Notes: generated by a model from the sequence alone, not told the origin. A DNA stretch of 61,449 bases, filler included, from Catajapyx aquilonaris (GCA_000934665.2; 3 parts of 3 records of this genome joined end to end with filler, not necessarily neighbours in it); one strand, 5' to 3'. Counted from the first letter of the whole stretch, positions 13,299-26,524 are shown. Made by a program: numbers and translations.

Positions 13299-13930
13299 AT
13301 TTGAATGGGGTGTGAGGAAGCAAGCAGGGCCAAACGGGAAGGGGTCGAGGAAGGTGGTGGATCAGCAAGAATGAGTCAAGCTTCGTATTCCGGCTAATAG
13401 AACTCAACCACCATCTTGGAATGTTGGACGGGGGGGAAGGGACCATGGGTGCCAGATGGAAATTTTCCCGCGCTCTCCTCCCCTCTCCTGTGTGTGTTGG
13501 GCAGTTACAAGCTGAACCTGGCAACCAGTGAGGCCATCTCTGAGAGCGCCATGATGGAGCTCCTTCCTACCGATTGGTTCACATATATCAGCTCAAAATA
13601 ATTTTTCTCCTTCACCTGCACAACTCAAGGCATATTTGAAAGATTTAACTATATACTTGATACAGGGTGACCTAAAATACTTGTCATCTTCTTGGCATCC
13701 TAATGCATCAAAACAGAACATCTGACTGTCGAGGAGAGCAGAGAAGCTTTGGCTTCTTTGGCTTTGTCACTCCTCCGTGGCTTTGTTAACGGTGTCTTTC
13801 TTCAATTATTAGTGTCACTTCCCTGTAAACGTGTTTCTCCTTCTCTTTCTGTCGTTTTGCAGCTGGGAAGAACCTGCCATAATGGGGAGTGTACAGTACA
13901 TATGGGATAATAATTGGTGATGGTCTATTG

Positions 13931-14518
13931 CGGTGGTGCCCAACCTGGGGGGCGCGAGAGGATTTCAGGGGGGGNAATCGCGCTTTGGAGGAGTAGCAAG
14001 AGGAGCGCTAAGGCAATCGTGAGTCGCCGAGATTCTTCCCAAATTCGCATCCTGAGCCAAGATGCCGTGACCCGTTTTTAAAAAACTCTTCCCCTTCTAG
14101 ATCGCGCAATTTTTATCCGAATTGATCGAGCCTTGGTCGGGAGGCTCAATTGGCTCTTCGTCGCCATGCTGTGACAATTTTAGGTCCGCACCTCCAGCGA
14201 GACGGCTACGCCGGCGGTGCGAACACAACGCAGCACCCGTCCCTCGGCCAAACTTGCCCTCCGCGAGTGGGAAAAATCGTCGTGACCGTGCGCCCTTAAG
14301 GAAGATTCCACTGTACTTTGTCCGCTACATTCACCTATACTTTGTGACCTTGAACACAAAAAAATTTACGCCTGCGGCGGGCTTGTTCGCCCTTCTGGTG
14401 TTGCCCCTAATATTTCAACAGGTTTTCATTCCTCAGTTATAATTTTTTTTTCAAGTGTTTGGTGAAAACGAAAAGGGGGGCGTCATGACGAAAAGGTTGG
14501 GAAGAATGGGAACCATTG
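13931..14518. mobile_element. hAT (Charlie/Buster-type) MITE between the divergent genes
   Basis: Ends CGGTGGTGCCCAACCT / GGGAACCATTG; 8-bp TSD GTCTATTG / GTTTATTG. Confidence 0.7.
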
Positions 14519-14904
14519 GTTTATTGGGAGGGGGTTGAGGAAGAAGCAGTGCAGCAATAGGTCACAAATAATGAGCGATTAGTCATCCAACTTTGGTTAT
14601 TTTACTGAGGGTTTTTTCACTTGGACATGTGTACGTGTCCGGTTGTAGATCGCTTGTGGAAGGTGCCATGGATGATCGAAAATGTGCTCCTACTAGGAGC
14701 AGTGGAGAAAGGGCAGACCACAAATCGCAATAATTCAGGCAATATCACTTTTGCCATTATTTGGTTTTGGCATTTGGTGACATTATTACATAAATAGTAG
14801 TCTATTTAATCATACAAAAATATTAAATAGTGCAGGATTTTGTTGATTACTGATTGATTAGTTGATTTTATTGATTGGTAATTGTTTACCAGGACCAACG
14901 CACC

Positions 14905-16147
14905 ATGATGTCATCAGTTTCTGTCAAGATAGAGGTGGACGAAGAAGGTGAAATGCCTCGCACGACTGAAGAGGCAGTGGATTTGGCGTCATGGAAAGCA
15001 GCATTATCCACCTTGATTGCCGATGTAAACGAGGAGCCTAAAGAGGATGAAGAGATTGCAGTCGGACCCAGTCAAGTACCAGTATGTGCTGCTTTCAATG
15101 ATTGTTATACCTGAGTATGAAAATGATGCCCTTTATTGATATCATCCCAATAACTTGTTTCAATGCAATCCTCCCTGACACTCACACAGTTTTTCCAACT
15201 CATCTCACAGCATTAAAAAGTATTTTCTGTTGCATAATGGCAAATCACCCTTTCATTAACCTTCCTGGAATTCGTCATTGCTGGAAAATCGATGGCAATG
15301 AAAGAATATATATATTTGAAGTTAAGGAACAGGAAATAGTAATTGAGGGCCATGACTGGGCTGTAAAATGCATGGGTGAGTTGCAGCTGTTTTCTACTAT
15401 CCATGAAAATGTAATCAAGCTGTAGATTATTTCATATAAATATACGATATTGGACGTGTCGAGGTCTTTGAATTTCACATTTGCCTAGACAGCGGGTATG
15501 CACACTACTCTGAAATGAATCCCAAGTCCAAGGTCCTCATATATGCATCATTTGTTGAGCCATAATACGTATTTCCTTGCATGGGGCTCAAAGTAGTGAA
15601 TGACCTCTACCTTGTGCAATGCTCATTGCTCTAATGTCCCTTTCAGGAAGGAGCCGAAATGGCTGATTGGAAAGGAGTGGGGAAGGACACGATCGAGGCA
15701 GGCACGAGGAGTAATACACCGCAGATGTCTTATGTTTGCCAGGTGTGCCATGGGAGGTGGATCAATGAAAGCCAGTCAGGTTTGAAATATCACATGATGA
15801 GACATACTGGAGAGGCCCCACATACTTGCCCTGTATGCGAGAAAAAGTTTTGTACGCAAACATATCTGGCAATACACGCGAGGGCGCATACAGGCGAGAA
15901 GCCTTTTCGGTGTGAGGTTTGCCAAAAGTCATTTTCTCAAAGAGCTGGTTTGAAGTATCATATGATGACACATACTGGAGAGGCCCCATATACTTGCTCT
16001 GTATGCGAGAAAAAGTTTTGTGCGAAAACATATCTGGAAGCACACGAGAGGATGCATAAAGGCGAGAAACCTTTTGGGGGTGAGGTTTGCCAAAAGTCGT
16101 TTACCCAAAAGTGTGTTTTGAAACGTCACACTTTGCTTCACCAATAA
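14905..16147 (+). CDS. C2H2 zinc-finger protein, join(14905-15081, 15647-16147), about 225 aa, 5 fingers (last one degenerate)
   Basis: Acidic N-terminus (VKIEVDEE); phase-0 GTATGT...TTTCAG intron; CxxC-x12-HxxxH repeats with TGEKP/TGEAP linkers; an acceptor at 14892 implies an upstream exon. Confidence 0.85.
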
Positions 16148-16307
16148 TACAACAAAAAAATGATCAAAACCTTGCCCGTAGCTTTACCTCCCCATGGACT
16201 AGTGCCCCCCCCCCCCCCCACCTCTGTTTGTCCAGATGCTACAGGTACAACTAATTAGTGACCTCAGCCATTCAATTTGTTAATGAGGAACTAACTTTAG
16301 GAGGAAA

Positions 16308-16372
16308 GGCAGGTTGGACGAGTGGTTAAGGGTCCGCGTGAGAGGTCGTGGGTTCGAACCCCATACCTGGCA
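16308..16372 (+). pseudogene. tRNA-derived fragment (tRNA pseudogene or SINE head)
   Basis: A box TGGACGAGTGGTTAAG, B box GGTTCGAACCC and acceptor stem CAGGT/ACCTG, but the anticodon arm is missing. Confidence 0.6.
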
Positions 16373-19300
16373 AACTTTTCTTCGGCTCTTTTTCGCCTTT
16401 CTTTGTCTCCCACTGACCAGGACACCCGTAATTCTGAAGAAAAAAAATACACTATTATATTTCCACTGTTGTCACTTGTCATGATTCTCAAGTGTCTCAT
16501 GAAATATGCCCAAAGCAGGCCCAAAGTCATGATTATTTTGTGGTTTATGTTGGTTCCAGAATTTTTCTACATCCCGCATGTAATGTCCTCCTACGACGTA
16601 CTGTACGTTTACCTTTCAGTGAGTGGCCCAAAAATTTGGAAATAGTTATTCCTTGCCAAGTGCATTGTGAACCAGTGGGTATGGACTTAAAACTGCCAAT
16701 GTATGCCACTTATTAATCAAAATCATTGAGGAAAATGTATCAGTCCTAAAGAAAAATGAGAGCCTTGTTGAACAGTCCTAGTGTCAGCCAGGCATCCAAC
16801 CTCTCTGCCACCAAAAGCATAAATAAAGTGGGTTTTCAATCTCGTTATTGTTGCACTCACCACATGTTCACCCTAAGCATGCTAATCCAGAAACACTCGG
16901 CCTCTACAATTATTGATAAATTGGATATTCAATATTCCTTTATTTACCCAAGACTTTTCCTCCATTGACACTTCACTATTACAGGGCTCAAAGCTCTTCT
17001 CAGCAAACATATTCCAAGTCTCTCAGTTCTCCAGCACACTTGCTTGGCTTGACCTGCCAAGAGTGCTTTGTCTGTTCTTATCCAGGAAGTCTCGTCCTCC
17101 CCCCTTGTCCCTCTCCTCATCATGGTGCGAGACAAATTGTGGTGACGCAAAGTTCAGTCTGAACCCTGGGACTTGCCAATGTTTCTTCTGAGTTAACTCT
17201 CTATGATGAAAAGAAGAATGTGACTGTAGTGCATGCTGGTATTTGTATTCCAATGGCACAAAACATGGCATTATAAAGTGAATATTGGGCATAAGCTATA
17301 GGAAAAAACCTAATGCAAACCGGCTGGTACTGCAAATAATAAGGCACCAAAAAAATCTATGCTAATTATTGAACTTGACCCTGATCTCCTGAAAAGTTGG
17401 ATCAGATTGGAATGCATATTATTATTCTTCCACACTCAGTTGCCCAAAAGAAGCTGACTGCATATCACTAAAATGCTGATGGAAAATTTGGACCAAGTGC
17501 TTCAGCCTAATGTTTTAATAACTTGTTCTAGATTTACCATCGATCATGCAATTGATGCTAAATTGTGGAAGCCAGATAAGCTAATGAGATGACTGATTCA
17601 AAATGTGGCAGTGTAGAACTCTTGCACTACTGTCTACATTAATTTGCCTCCCACCCCCAGAAGTTAAAACAACAACAAAATAATACGTACAGTACCCTTT
17701 ATTTTGTGATGAAATCTGTACCTGCTGTTCTGCTAAATTAAATTCTGACTGACGAACTGATAAGTCCTTGAGAACCAGTGACCAGCAGTCCAGCACCATT
17801 ACAACATGTAAAACTAAAAGTCAAGTAACTGAAACCCCTGTGCCCTTGTTTAGATTGACCCAGATTCAAGTGCAATGTATCTACATCACTTCACAGCGCT
17901 TTCCAGCACTTTTCTACTCATAATTTTCAGCCCTCAACTTGCACTAACTGCAATGATGACTAGTGGAATATACTGTAAAATAAATGCTAACCTGTCCATG
18001 TTGCCCTGGCTTCTTCAACACTTGTGCGCCCACTTGTTCTATGGCTGACCAAACACTGCTGCAACACAGGGCTGGCTCAGAACTTTTGCACCTGAATAAA
18101 GAATGTTATTGCAATGAAAAAAAAAAATGCCATGTGAATGATGAGATGATGATCGGGGTGTCCGGCCTCAATCCCACTCGATGCAAGGGAAGGTCGATTG
18201 GCCCCTTCATGGCGGCCAGGGTGGTCGGGAATGCTTATGGGCCAACCTACCTGATCTTGCCCGTCGAACCGATCAGATTGAAGGAACATCGAAAAACGAA
18301 CCTTCTTTCGAACGCCATTTTCGAAGATACAGGGGGGAGGAGGGGAAGGATGGAAGAAAGGGGAAGGGCTGGGAGGAGGGCGAAAACAGGCGTTTAACAT
18401 CTACAAATTACTTTCCATCGTCATTAGTGCTGCCTTGGTCCCTGGCATTCTTTGGAATTGCTCTGCAAGTACTGGCCTTGTTTGGTAATACAAAAACATC
18501 ACCTTATTATTACAGAATAATTATACGGAAATGGAAAACAGCGTCTATCATCTTAATGCATAATATAAAATTATTAATGGTTCGCCTAAGGCCCGAATGT
18601 GAAGGGCGCCCTCTAGCAGCCTCTAGAGGTACTGTATTACTTTATGTCTTGAACAGTACTGTAGGGCGTAGGCCATGGTGGAAACTGTAGGCCTACTATC
18701 TGACCATCTACCTCCAGATTCCTTTTGTTACCTTGATCATTCTCGCGCTTATGTGGCAATTGTTCTCAGAACCGGGAGCTGCCGGGAGGACCTTTGGCAT
18801 GCAGGAAACAAGTGAAGAGCACAGGGGAAAAACGGGGAATGAGACACAAAAAATGTCAATGAAAAATCGAAGAAATTGCTTTATTTCTTCACGTGTATAA
18901 GGAATAATAGGGATATCTTCACGTCATTATATGCAACTGTCACCCTTGTACCCATGGAAAGCCTCCAGGTATAAGTGTCACCTATGCTATATGCTACTAT
19001 TGTACTGTGCACTTGGCAGGAACCCCAACGGAATTGGACATTCCCCGTTTTTCCCCTGTGCTCTTCAAGTGAATAATTAAACGAATGGCTCCTTGGCTGT
19101 TATGACCCTCCCTGATCGTCTTGCTGCAATGCTGTATGAGGCAATGAGGGGTAGGTAAATCGGGAAAATATTTTAATTTGAAGGATGAATTCCGCCAGCA
19201 TATCATATTTAAAATATCCGGAATGTAAAGCTTCATCGGGACACTCATTGTTGCTCGTCGGCTACGTGCATAATTATGAGTGAATGAGGAAGTGGGTGGA

Positions 19301-20177
19301 GTGCAGAGCAATCGGGCAAAGGGTGGGGCCATGGTGGGTGGGGCAAACGGGCATGGGATGGTCGGAGAACAAGAGAAGTCAAGAGGTGACTAGAAGGTGC
19401 ATCTGGCTCCCCTGAATGTGGTCGCTCCGTTTTGAGGCTAGTTACATCGTCACAGCCTGGCATGGTAATATCATTATTGCCGAGGTCACCTTGAGTAAAC
19501 CGTTTCTTGTTTTAAAAGTTTTATTTTTATATCAATATTCGAATATTATCTGGCAACAGTGCCTCCGTCCGTCGTCAGCTGTCGCCCATGGCTGTCGCCA
19601 TGTCATCTAATTGCGGGGCACTGGTGCCGAGAGCCAGCAAGCAAGTCATATGAATCAGATGTTGTAGCTCTTTACTACTCTGCAGATCCGAGGTCAGCTG
19701 CAGCTGAAGATAAAGATGCACCAATACAAGAAGTGGTATAATGACTGCAATCACAGCATCACCAATTAGTAAGGTCTGGTTCTTGGTTCACAGCATGTCT
19801 CATTTATTTGCATAATATCATTATTTTCACACATGCCTTCCGGCCCTCCTTGTGACGTTGCAAAAGCATGTTGACTATTGAAATTACCTTAATCGCTGAA
19901 CTGAAAGGAATGAAGTCTTTTTATTTACACAATAACTACGGCATCAGGGATGTAATTGGAAAGAGTTGGAGTACCACTGCAGGTGTACACCGGAGTACAG
20001 AAGTGATTAACCCATTGTTCCTTGTTGTGTAGTGTGTGTGGGTGTGTATGCTGTAAATGCACTGACTGAGAGTGAGAGACAGCACCTCTTCCATGACCGC
20101 CAGCTGACCCAGTTACGCCAGCTGACCTAACCAAAGGTATGAGAACTCATGAACGGCGGAGAATGGGTGTTCTTCAA

Positions 20178-20891
20178 GTGGGTATGTAGCATTCACCCAG
20201 TGACAGAAGTCACTGCTACTGCTGCTAAGCTACCCTTCAGGCTTGTTGACAACAACGATTGGCAGGGTCCAGGTGCTGTGTCTGGCTGGATGAAGACTTC
20301 AGGTGGGTTTGTAGCATTCACCCAGTGACACAAGTCACTGCTACTGCTGCTAATCTACCTTTCAAGCTTGTTGACAACAACGATTGGCAGGGTCCGGGTG
20401 CTGTGTCTGGCTGGATGAAGACTTCAGGTGGGTTTGTAGCATTCACCCAGTGACACAAGTCACTGCTACTGCTGCTAATCTACCCTTCAGGCTTGTTGAC
20501 AACAACGATTGGCAGGGTCTAAGTGCTGTGTCTGGCTGGATGAAGACTTCAGGTGGGTTTGTAGCATTCACCCAGTGACACTAGTCACTGCTACTGCTGC
20601 TAATCTACCCTTCAGGCTTGTTGACAACAACGATTGGCAGGGTCCAGGTGCTGTGTCTGGCTGGATGAAGACTTCAGGTGGGTATGTAGCAATCACCCAG
20701 TGACACAAGTCACTGCTACTGCTGCTAATCTACCCTTCAGGCTTGTTGACAACAACGATTGGCAGGGTCTAAGTGCTGTGTCTGGCTGGATGAAGACTTC
20801 AGGTGGGTTTGTAGCATTCACCCAGTGACACTAGTCACTGCTACTGCTGCTAATCTACCCTTCAGGCTTGTTGACAACAACGATTGGCAGG
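20178..20891 (+). repeat. 125-bp tandem array (at least 5.7 units, truncated by the gap)
   Basis: Near-identical units at 125-bp period, also seen as repeating ORFs at 20259, 20384, 20509, 20634 and 20759. Confidence 0.97.
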
Positions 20892-20991
20892 NNNNNNNNN
20901 NNNNNNNNNNNNNNNNNNNNNNNNNNNNNNNNNNNTTAATTAATTAANNNNNNNNNNNNNNNNNNNNNNNNNNNNNNNNNNNNNNNNNNNN
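20892..20991. other. Assembly gap with TTAATTAATTAA linker
   Basis: 100-base N block with a central six-frame stop linker. Confidence 0.97.
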
Positions 20992-22106
20992 CATCTCCAT
21001 TTTCCATATGCTACTTACCTTCGCACAATCTCGGCGAATACGGGTAGTTCATACCAGTCACCAAGCGCGGGAACAGGGAGTGGAAAATTCCCTAGTAACC
21101 CAACTCCTACCAGCTGAGCGGCCGTGTACGTGTTCACATCGGATTTTTTTCCGGGAAAACAAAATTTACTACATCGTGGAATCTTGGCCGTCAGATATGA
21201 AATGGGTAGAGGTATATGTGTAATTTTTTCAGAAGTTTTCTATGGATGTCCACACACCTCAGGTCAAAGGTCAAAGATTTTGACCTCAAAACAGTATAGC
21301 CATTTTTATATAAAAAATATTATCTGGCATGTATTAGACACCCTTCGCGGTTAAGTACACAAGAAGGCCAAAAGAATTCCTTAAAAATGCTTGTTAACTT
21401 GTACAGCAATTGATTTATGTAGGGGTACCGCGCTATTTCACACATTCCAGGTCACATGGCTACTCAGCATCTGTGACACATGTGTCATTGTTTCCACGTT
21501 AGATCTTTTTCATATCCCATTCCAATATCACAATCCAAATATCATGGACATAGCGAACATGAGGGTTGCATCTTGAATTTATTTTGCCTGATTTCAGTGA
21601 TTTGTCATGGAATCACCCTACTTTCAATTCTTCCTTGTAAGGACTTACGGGCTACCACATGTATTCCACTTTTCTGGGGTCCCGCATCCGTCGCCATCTT
21701 GGACGGACTTGCGGGCCCGCAGACTTACGGGAGTCCACGAGAATCCAAGCAAATATCTGCAATAAATTATGGGGGGTTTCCATTGACGAATGTGACCTTG
21801 ACCCCGGGTCACGGTCAGTGGCGCCATCCACAATTTACCCCGCAGAACTATCCTGTGTTCCCCTTGGTGCAATGACTGCAACCCACATTCCATATGCAGC
21901 AGGTCTTGTTGGATGCATCATTGTCAGGATATTAGCAGAAGCAGTTTTAAATGGACCACCCTGTATGTATACCCTAAGCCTAAGGACATGCAGGTGAGGA
22001 AAAGGGTGGCCAGGTTCTGAAAGGACTCCACACTATAGAAAATAAAATAATAAAGGTGAAAAGGTAACGGACTCTGGACATATACATATATTTTTTTTAA
22101 TAATTA

Positions 22107-22650
22107 TTTTAAGGGCGGAAGCCCTTAAGTAAGACCGTAGCATAGCGTTTCAACAATGAATTTTTCCTGTTTCTTCTTCTTGTTACGTTTTTTTCAATCG
22201 CCCTAACTCAGATTCTGCTCTAGGTAGAGCTTCCAAATTTTGAACACAGATCCCCACCGTCGTGAATTGATTTCCTACCATTTACACTTTTACTTAATTC
22301 CTCTTCAAAACGCCGCAAAAAAAATCGAGACCACTGAAAAATACGTTTTCATTTCTTTGCTCAATAACTATTCGGAATACGGTTTCATCGTCAAAGGGCC
22401 GAAGGTGCAGTGGGATGGTGCGGATCTATGTTCAAAATCTCACAGTTCCCACTGCTACAGGATCGGAGCTGTGATTTTTTTACCTCGTATTTTTTCTGTC
22501 ATTAATTCATTTGTTCATGACGCCATCACCTAGAAACGTCAATACCTCCTACCTCGAAATGTCCCCATCTAACATTGATCAGGATGGTCTGGGCCACAAC
22601 ATATCCCATTTTCAGGCAAATCGAACGGAAGGCCACTCGCCCATATATTT
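22107..22650. mobile_element. Possible non-autonomous Helentron/DINE-like element
   Basis: Terminal hairpin AAGGGC-GGAA-GCCCTT next to a T-run and a (TTC)n stretch; boundaries approximate. Confidence 0.3.
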
Positions 22651-22938
22651 TGTGCCTCCTCCTTTATATGCTCAAAATATATTATGGTTACACATTTTAC
22701 ACTATTGCCTGATTTGAAGGGGTCTGTGTAACCAGTGTTTCAGTGTGAAACTGATGATATATCGCTTTTAGTGAATGACATTAAACTTGAAAAACCTGGC
22801 GTCATTTAGCATTGTTGATAATTTCAATGAAATATTATCTAAGGGCACTTGACCTTACTCTGGCGATTTTTAAGTGTTTTTTTGTGTAAAATTGCGAATC
22901 CCAAGCACTGATATTCACAATACCATATCTGCGAAGTA

Positions 22939-23844
22939 CGGGGTGTTCAAGTCATTCCCGGACTTTATTTTTTAACAAATCACACACAAGTGACACAGAT
23001 GTCAAACCTTGGTCATTTCTCGACGTAGTCCCCAGCAACAGTATACATTTTCCCCACCGATGCATAAGCGCTTGTATCCCAGCAGCATAGAATGAGGGTT
23101 CCCCCCTCCTCAGCCACGCCAGGACAGCTTCTTGCACTGCCTAATTTGTCTCGATGACAAATGCTCTTTTAAAGGCCCTAAAAGGTGGAAATCGCTGGGG
23201 CGAGGTCGGGGCTGTATGGCGGGTGAGGAATAGTGGTCCAACCGAGTGTGCGAATTTTGTCCATGGTGATATGGGCTGTGTGGGGGCGGGCATTGTCCTG
23301 CAGTAGAATAATGCCTTGCAGACACCTTAGAGACGCGAATGTGTTCATGCAGAATAGTCTCAACACTGCCACAACTGATTCCTGTCATCTGCATTAAGTC
23401 CACGAACAGTAACACTACGGTCACTGAGCACTAAAGCCTCCACACGCTTGATGTTCGCTGGCGTCACCACACTGGGCGCCGACCCGCCATGTCCCGGATC
23501 ATCGAGCACACCTTTGCGGCCGCCTTTGTATCGTGCAGCCCACTCGTACACCACCGACCTTCTCAGGGTATCCTCCCCATACTGTCCCCTCAGTCTTGTG
23601 AAAATGTCCGATGTTTTGATTCCTTCCGCTCCCAGAAACTTAATGATAACGCGTTGTCCCACTACTGCTCTGACACCACCCGACGCCATCTTTTTTTGCT
23701 CTCTCACAGGACGGTTTACGGAGACTGGCCCTTGACTGGATATACAAGACAGTTGAAGGAAGGTGTGGGATAAGTTTGACACCTGTGTCACTTGTGTATG
23801 ATTTGTTTAAAAAAAAAGTCCTGGAATGACTTGAACACCCCTCG
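22939..23844 (-). mobile_element. Internally deleted, frameshifted mariner element
   Basis: TIR CG(A)GGGGTGTTCAAGTCATTCC flanked by TA; HTH N-terminus (QRVIIKFL), LLQDNARPHTA and HPPYSPDLAP motifs. Confidence 0.93.
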
Positions 23845-23967
23845 TATTTGCAGACCAAATGTATCCCTTACAGACTACAATAGGCCCTGCCTAGGGATAC
23901 CACAATGAACTGCACCGCAAAATGTCACAATAGTACGCAAGCTATGTAGCAACATATTGGAATAATT

Positions 23968-24202
23968 GAAGACCTCGGGGGAAGAACGATCAGCGTCCAC
24001 TTTTTGTCAAAAATGATTTACATATCTCAGAAGATACTTTCACTAGTGTAGAATATGATGGTCGTGGTTGTGTAGTAATGACCCTAAAGGGCCCTAAAGT
24101 GGGATTTACAATGGCCCCTTATGTGCCTTTGAAATTTAAAATTGGAATATCTCATCAGTTTCACATGAGATGGACCTTGATCGTTCTTCCCCCGAGGTCT
24201 TC
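23968..24202. mobile_element. Sola1-type MITE
   Basis: TIR GAAGACCTCGGGGGAAGAACGATCA with AATT on both sides; a decayed relative lies at about 36580-36810. Confidence 0.7.
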
Positions 24203-24619
24203 AATTACTCTGCACCACATCTCATTAGACTGGTGAACTGCAAAGTATCAACACCATGAGGAAGACCCTGGCTGTTTTCGTCCTGTGCTTCATTATGTTT
24301 CAGCTTACACGTCACGTTGAAGGTAAGGTGCCCTCAATGTATTCAGTACTTAAGATGTAATCTGCTCATGTTTTATTTTCGTAAGCATGTTGCTACCTCT
24401 TTGTAGCAGCCAGGCCAGTGTATGTACGACGATTGTCCAGTCGGATACAAGCTTGTGAATGGCAGATTCTGTGTAAGAGGAATGATGTGCTGCATGCCAC
24501 TCCTGAAGTAATCTTGCAAAGCAGATAGCGAAGGGGATTTGGTAATGTCTCAGTGAATTATTAGCCGTGGAGAGCAATACCTAATAACCAATGAACTGTG
24601 TCTGCATGGAAATAAACCT

Positions 24620-24718
24620 TGAAAATAATCATGTAAAGAATCTTTATTAAAATATTACTTTTGATTATTCAAACCTTCTTATTTTTTCAAATTAATTCTT
24701 CTATTATTATTACTACTA

Positions 24719-24802
<84 letters not shown>

Positions 24803-24936
24803 GCTATTATTATTCAATATTAATTATTCAACCCCATACACAATGAGGTTTAGGTACCTCATTGTGTATGGGGAAGGTTTGAATAATTAATCAAAAGTAA
24901 TATTTTAATAAAGATTCTTTACATAATTATTTTCAA
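24620..24936. repeat. Fold-back element containing a (TAT)n(TGT)n microsatellite and an internal hairpin
   Basis: Arms ATGTAAAGAATCTTTATTAAAATATTACTTTTGATTA and its reverse complement; hairpin CCCCATACACAATGAGGT / ACCTCATTGTGTATGGGG. Confidence 0.8.
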
Positions 24937-26003
24937 TTTAGGTAACTGTCTGTAATTTTTTTGTGCTTCATAATTCATTCTTGGTGTGCTTCATGTGTGT
25001 GTAATGGGCTTTCACTTTTCAGGAGATTACATTTGACTACATTTTTTTATTTATGGTGATAGTTCTGAATAATGGGGATGAACTTCCTAAGTCTACAAAC
25101 CAAAATCAGAGACTCAAAACTTACAGATTGCTAACCTAGGCAACTAGCAGAAATCACAGCTAATACTATTTAAGTGCCTCTGCCTGTTTTCATCTAATAA
25201 ATTGCTTATCTGTGGAATGATTACTGGGGTAAACACTCTGCAGATCATCCCCTCATAAATTGTGGCTTGGACAATGCACCACAGTATGCACTAGACTAGA
25301 CATTACAGTCATCACTGTACGTATGCTTTGTACTTGATTCCTACAGTTGATTTTGTACTATAAATTTAAAACTTATAATATAACAATAAGGTACGTGTTT
25401 GGCACCTGGTTTGGCCTAAATGCAGTGGAGCCACACGTAAAGTCCCAGGAGGTTGATTCAAGTGAAAATCTTCTTGATTCCGTACCTGGAATAAACAAAG
25501 GAAACGAATACAGTTACACAGCATCTAGATTCTAGGCCACTCACTAAAACCTCCTTCAAGTTAAAAGTAGACCTATGTGTCCAGAAATATTCATTTTTAT
25601 GTTTAATCCAGTAGGTAAGGGTAGATAAACAGTGCAATTATTCATGCCTTTGAGGCACGAGTATTTTCATAATAAATTTTCATAATCAATCACAAACTAC
25701 ATTATACATTTTCAAGGCAATTAAAATGTTTTAATTCATTTTCTTCTTCAACTTGTACCATGTGTTAAAAGTTTAAACAAAATAATAATGACCTTCCACA
25801 GTACAACCAACAGCAATATATTTAGCACGGTAAAGTTTTTTTTCCATATTGGTTGCATAGTAGACTACCATTTCTCTCTTAGGGTACATTTGCTAGAAAC
25901 TTCTTTGATTAGTGGCAGACTTCAAATTTTGTGCATAATGATTAAAACATGTTAGGTGTTACATTAATTTCATCCTTTTTACTACTTAAAACCAGTGGGT
26001 ACT

Positions 26004-26437
26004 GTACTATGGGGCTCAAAATAATTGTTTTGGCCACTTTATCCTGGTCTTGAAGCAACCCTTCACACAAGCCCCACAGTGAGCATGGGTGATCAGGTCT
26101 TGACTAAGGTCTGGGGACGGAAGTCTGTGGTTTTACTGTAGCTGTGGGGACCAGTTCCAATTGTGGGGACATTTGTCGGTCCCCACAGTCTCACACACGC
26201 GAAGTGTACCATTACAGTGGGGACATGTGTAAATTAGTGGGGACATGTCCCCACTATTTTCATTTGTAGGGTTTCACAAAAGTCCATTTTTCTCAGCCTA
26301 GGTTACTTAGGGTAGGGTAGGTTAGGTAGGGTAGGTTAGGGTAGGTTAGGTTAGGTTAGGTTAGGTTAGGTTAGATCAGTTTACACTCGCAGTGAAAAGT
26401 GATCAATGTCCGTCCCCACGCCTTAGTCAAGACAAGA

Positions 26438-26468
<31 letters not shown>

Positions 26469-26524
26469 AAGGGTTGCTTCAAGACCAGGATAAAGTGGCC
26501 AAAACAATTTGAGCCCCATAGTAC
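26004..26524. mobile_element. Short fold-back MITE (arms about 62 bp) interrupted by MITE copy 2
   Basis: Arms 26004-26069 and 26463-26524 are reverse complements. Confidence 0.75.
26089..26439 (-). mobile_element. Non-autonomous MITE-like element, copy 2, followed by (TG)n
   Basis: Reverse complement of 2677-3022 with few differences. Confidence 0.85.

Noticed and set aside
13063..13524. 153-aa ORF as a gene
   Set aside because: Wrong frame; the real PP2C exon 1 lies within it in another frame
16490..19460. Short ORFs possibly from a decayed gene
   Set aside because: No recognisable motif or consistent splice model could be built
20178..20891. CRISPR-like array or hammerhead-ribozyme satellite
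   Set aside because: Units are near-identical along their whole length with no unique spacers; no CTGANGA/GAAA core on either strand; eukaryotic context
20936..20947. TTAATTAATTAA motif (also at 41216-41227)
   Set aside because: Identical linker centred in 100-base N gaps; an assembly artefact
24661..24846. Poly-Tyr/poly-Cys ORF
   Set aside because: Translation of the (TAT)n(TGT)n microsatellite
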